Shown: positions 25,491 to 27,395 of the stretch, piece after piece
Position numbering within the stretch: position 1 is the first letter of the stretch
Layout: the number at the start of each line of letters is the position of its first letter
DNA from: an uncultured Bacilli bacterium
Lineage (GTDB): Bacteria > Bacillota_I > Bacilli_A > RF39 > UBA660
NCBI GenBank assembly: GCA_947626095.1
Contig: CANQQV010000020.1
Coordinates: 1-27,395, forward strand
Direction of reading: 5' to 3'
Length of the DNA stretch: 27,395 nt
Notes under the pieces: model-generated
What the model was told of the DNA's origin: nothing
What the model saw: only the letters and a program-made list of their open reading frames with translations
The model's database searches: none
Position numbers and translations under genes: made by a program

Positions 25491-27002
25491 TTAAATCATA
25501 GATTTTTTATTTATTTGGAAATATACTAAAGTTCCTAGTGAAATTATACCGATTATTAAACCAATTACAAATACATCTGATGTATTAGGTAATATATCAT
25601 TACGCATATTTACAAATTTGGCTACCATTTCTTTGCCTGCTTCAATTGTTCCTTTTTCATTTTCTGCATCAACATCAAATTTTTTGACACTTTCTTCAGT
25701 TATTTCATATGTTATTCCAGCAGGAAGATTAACTGCTGTTTTTGATTCATCATGTTTTAATGTAAATGTTGCAATACCATCTTTAAATGTCATTTCGCCA
25801 TATTCGCCATTAATACTTTTATCACTTAAGGTAACTGTAAAATTAAAATCAGTTTGTTTATCTTTATCTTTACCAGAAACAATCTTTCTAACTGTTAAAT
25901 CACCAGTTTTTAATTCTGGATTTTGTTCGGAATTTGTTTTAGGAGCGTTTTTGATGGTAATAACAATTTCTTTACCATTAGCATTTTCTATCGTACCAGA
26001 ATACTTATTACCTTCTTGGATTAAACCTTCAGCATTAGATGAGAATTCAGCCTTATAGTCTTCGCCATCTTCCTCGATGATTTCAACATAGATTTTGTTA
26101 TCGTCACCATAATAGTTTTCATAGCAAGCTGACCAACTATCAGAATCGTTTAACTCGATAATATTACCTTTAGTTTCTTTAGATAATGTTACTTCTTGAT
26201 ACGTATCAAAGCCACTTTTGTCTTCTTTTAGAGTTCCTGCTTTATTATTTCCTAAGATATTGACACCAACTTTTAAATGAACTTCCCAATTGTCTAAAGT
26301 ATCTGGTTCAAATTCCTTTTTGATTTTTAAAGAAGTATTGGTTCCCGTTGTGACAACAACATCACCGGATACACTTCTACTAACAATACAATTATTAGTT
26401 GAAGGATTAGTATAATCGCCTTCTGTATGAGTAATATTGATAGTTACTGGATCTGTTCCTTCACCAACTGTAATAGTATTTTGCTTACTATAATCATTAC
26501 TGTTAATAGTAACTATAAGTTTCCCATCATTATTTCTAATATATATAGATATAGGTTGAATAAAGGAAACATTTTCTGCGGATAATTGAGATTCATAGAG
26601 AAAATAATAACCTTCTGGAAGATTGTTGATATTTAAAATACCTTCGCTATTAGTATTCATCTGGGTAGCTTGTGCTTCCTTTTCAGTTATTTTACTAGAA
26701 AAAGTATAGGTTCCATTACTGCCATTAAGTAGTAGAAATTCACTTATATTGCCACTACCTTCTGGTTGCTTAGCAACTTTAAAACCGACATTAGCTAGCG
26801 GTGCTTTGTCACCTTCATCATTGTTTTGAGATTCTACTTTAAGTTGTAGATTAACACTTTCTGCTCCAGTAATTTCGATAGGATTTGTTCCTGCTGCTTT
26901 TGACCTAGTAGCGGTGGTTAAGATAATTAAGCAAGTAAGAAAAAATAAAATACCACCAATTATGATTTTACGGTTATTATATAAATATTTTTCTTCTTTC
27001 AT
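25491..27002 (-). CDS. Cell-surface pilin/adhesin-like protein (SpaA/Cna-B-type Ig folds, LPxTG-like anchor)
   Basis: Signal peptide, PLANVGFKV and NLPEGYYFLYES (E-box-like), C-terminal domain GDLTVRKIV...NLPAGITYEITEE...FVN, then LPNTS + TM + KK tail. Confidence 0.82.
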   Translation of the reverse strand: MKEEKYLYNNRKIIIGGILFFLTCLIILTTATRSKAAGTNPIEITGAESVNLQLKVESQNNDEGDKAPLANVGFKVAKQPEGSGNISEFLLLNGSNGTYTFSSKITEKEAQATQMNTNSEGILNINNLPEGYYFLYESQLSAENVSFIQPISIYIRNNDGKLIVTINSNDYSKQNTITVGEGTDPVTINITHTEGDYTNPSTNNCIVSRSVSGDVVVTTGTNTSLKIKKEFEPDTLDNWEVHLKVGVNILGNNKAGTLKEDKSGFDTYQEVTLSKETKGNIIELNDSDSWSACYENYYGDDNKIYVEIIEEDGEDYKAEFSSNAEGLIQEGNKYSGTIENANGKEIVITIKNAPKTNSEQNPELKTGDLTVRKIVSGKDKDKQTDFNFTVTLSDKSINGEYGEMTFKDGIATFTLKHDESKTAVNLPAGITYEITEESVKKFDVDAENEKGTIEAGKEMVAKFVNMRNDILPNTSDVFVIGLIIGIISLGTLVYFQINKKSMI

Positions 27003-27029
27003 AGTATACTCCTAATTCTATATATAATA

Positions 27030-27060
27030 AGTATACCCCCCCCCGCCGCACATATGTCAA
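27030..27060 (-). promoter_or_regulatory. Adhesin promoter with a poly-G(9) tract in a 19-bp spacer
   Basis: TTGACA (27055-27060), TATGTGCGGC-G9, TATACT (27030-27035). RBS AGGAG downstream. Confidence 0.8.
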
Positions 27061-27079
27061 TTAACTTACAATATAACAT

Positions 27080-27108
27080 TTGACTTTATACCAATATTAT
27101 GGTAAAGT
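27080..27108 (+). promoter_or_regulatory. rpmB promoter
   Basis: TTGACT (27080-27085), 17 bp, extended -10 TGgTAAAGT. Confidence 0.65.
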
Positions 27109-27141
27109 CTTTAATGAAATGATTTTTAAGGAGGCGTAATT

Positions 27142-27318
27142 ATGGCAAAAAAAGTTAGTACTAAGAAACCTTTAACTGGTAATAGAAGAAGCCATGCTTT
27201 AAATGCAACTAAACATGCTCAAAAACCAAACTTCCAAAAAGTAACTATTAATGGTGAAAAAGTTGTTTTAACGGCACGTGAAGCTAGAACAATGAAAAAA
27301 GAAGAAAGAAATTCATAA
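27142..27318 (+). CDS. rpmB: 50S ribosomal protein L28 (58 aa, no Cys)
   Basis: Not in the ORF track. MAKKVSTKKPLTGNRRSHALNATKHAQKPNFQKVTINGEKVVLTAREARTMKKEERNS. RBS AAGGAGG. Confidence 0.95.
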   Translation: MAKKVSTKKPLTGNRRSHALNATKHAQKPNFQKVTINGEKVVLTAREARTMKKEERNS

Positions 27319-27395
27319 GGTTCTTTGTCAAATAGTGTTGGTAAACAATAAATTTGATAAATGAATTGCTTTGTTAAGGGTGATGTAAGTCATCC

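Noticed and set aside
2014-26058. Short shadow ORFs (2014-2199, 6134-6325, 9319-9543, 11396-11590, 12443-12673, 15127-15411, 15732-15944, 16643-16843, 19712-19897, 19716-19943, 25618-26058)
   Set aside because: All lie antisense or out of frame inside well-supported genes and show no independent motifs.
27377-27395. Possible hairpin GGGTGA-TGTAAG-TCATCC at the window end
   Set aside because: Truncated by the window boundary and cannot be assigned.
1-27395. CRISPR array, IS element, prophage or alternative genetic code
   Set aside because: No regularly spaced repeats, transposase, integrase or phage genes seen. Long conserved ORFs are intact under the standard bacterial code.

Overview
AT-rich, standard-code bacterial chromosome segment, most like a genome-reduced Bacilli lineage (RF39/Erysipelotrichales-like; inferred from gene content, the PolC+DnaE pair and a Cys-less L28). 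The housekeeping backbone is tRNA-Thr(GGU), rpmF-yceD/tmcAL, polA-CDF-mutM, a tandem dnaE-polC pair and rpmB. Accessory genes are interspersed: an AAA ATPase, a Cys-rich lipoprotein, a MIF-like tautomerase, Fic, a C26 amidohydrolase, a transglutaminase-like protein and an LPxTG-like adhesin. Four things stand out. (1) An unannotated type I toxin-antitoxin-like RNA switch at 23.56-23.88 kb: a 25-aa hydrophobic peptide, two anti-SD elements, 5'-3' long-range pairing and a convergent antisense promoter/terminator. (2) A cassette of three paralogous exported proteins around a membrane-anchored XRE regulator, with four CTAGTTtAACTAG palindromes placed as pairs directly upstream of two -35 boxes. 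(3) A ~1926-aa PolC with several non-intein insertions, including a cadherin-like beta-sandwich in the exonuclease and a winged helix in the PHP domain. (4) A G9 tract in the 19-bp spacer of a TTGACA/TATACT promoter of the adhesin, suggesting phase variation. All family calls are by motif recognition, not database searches.
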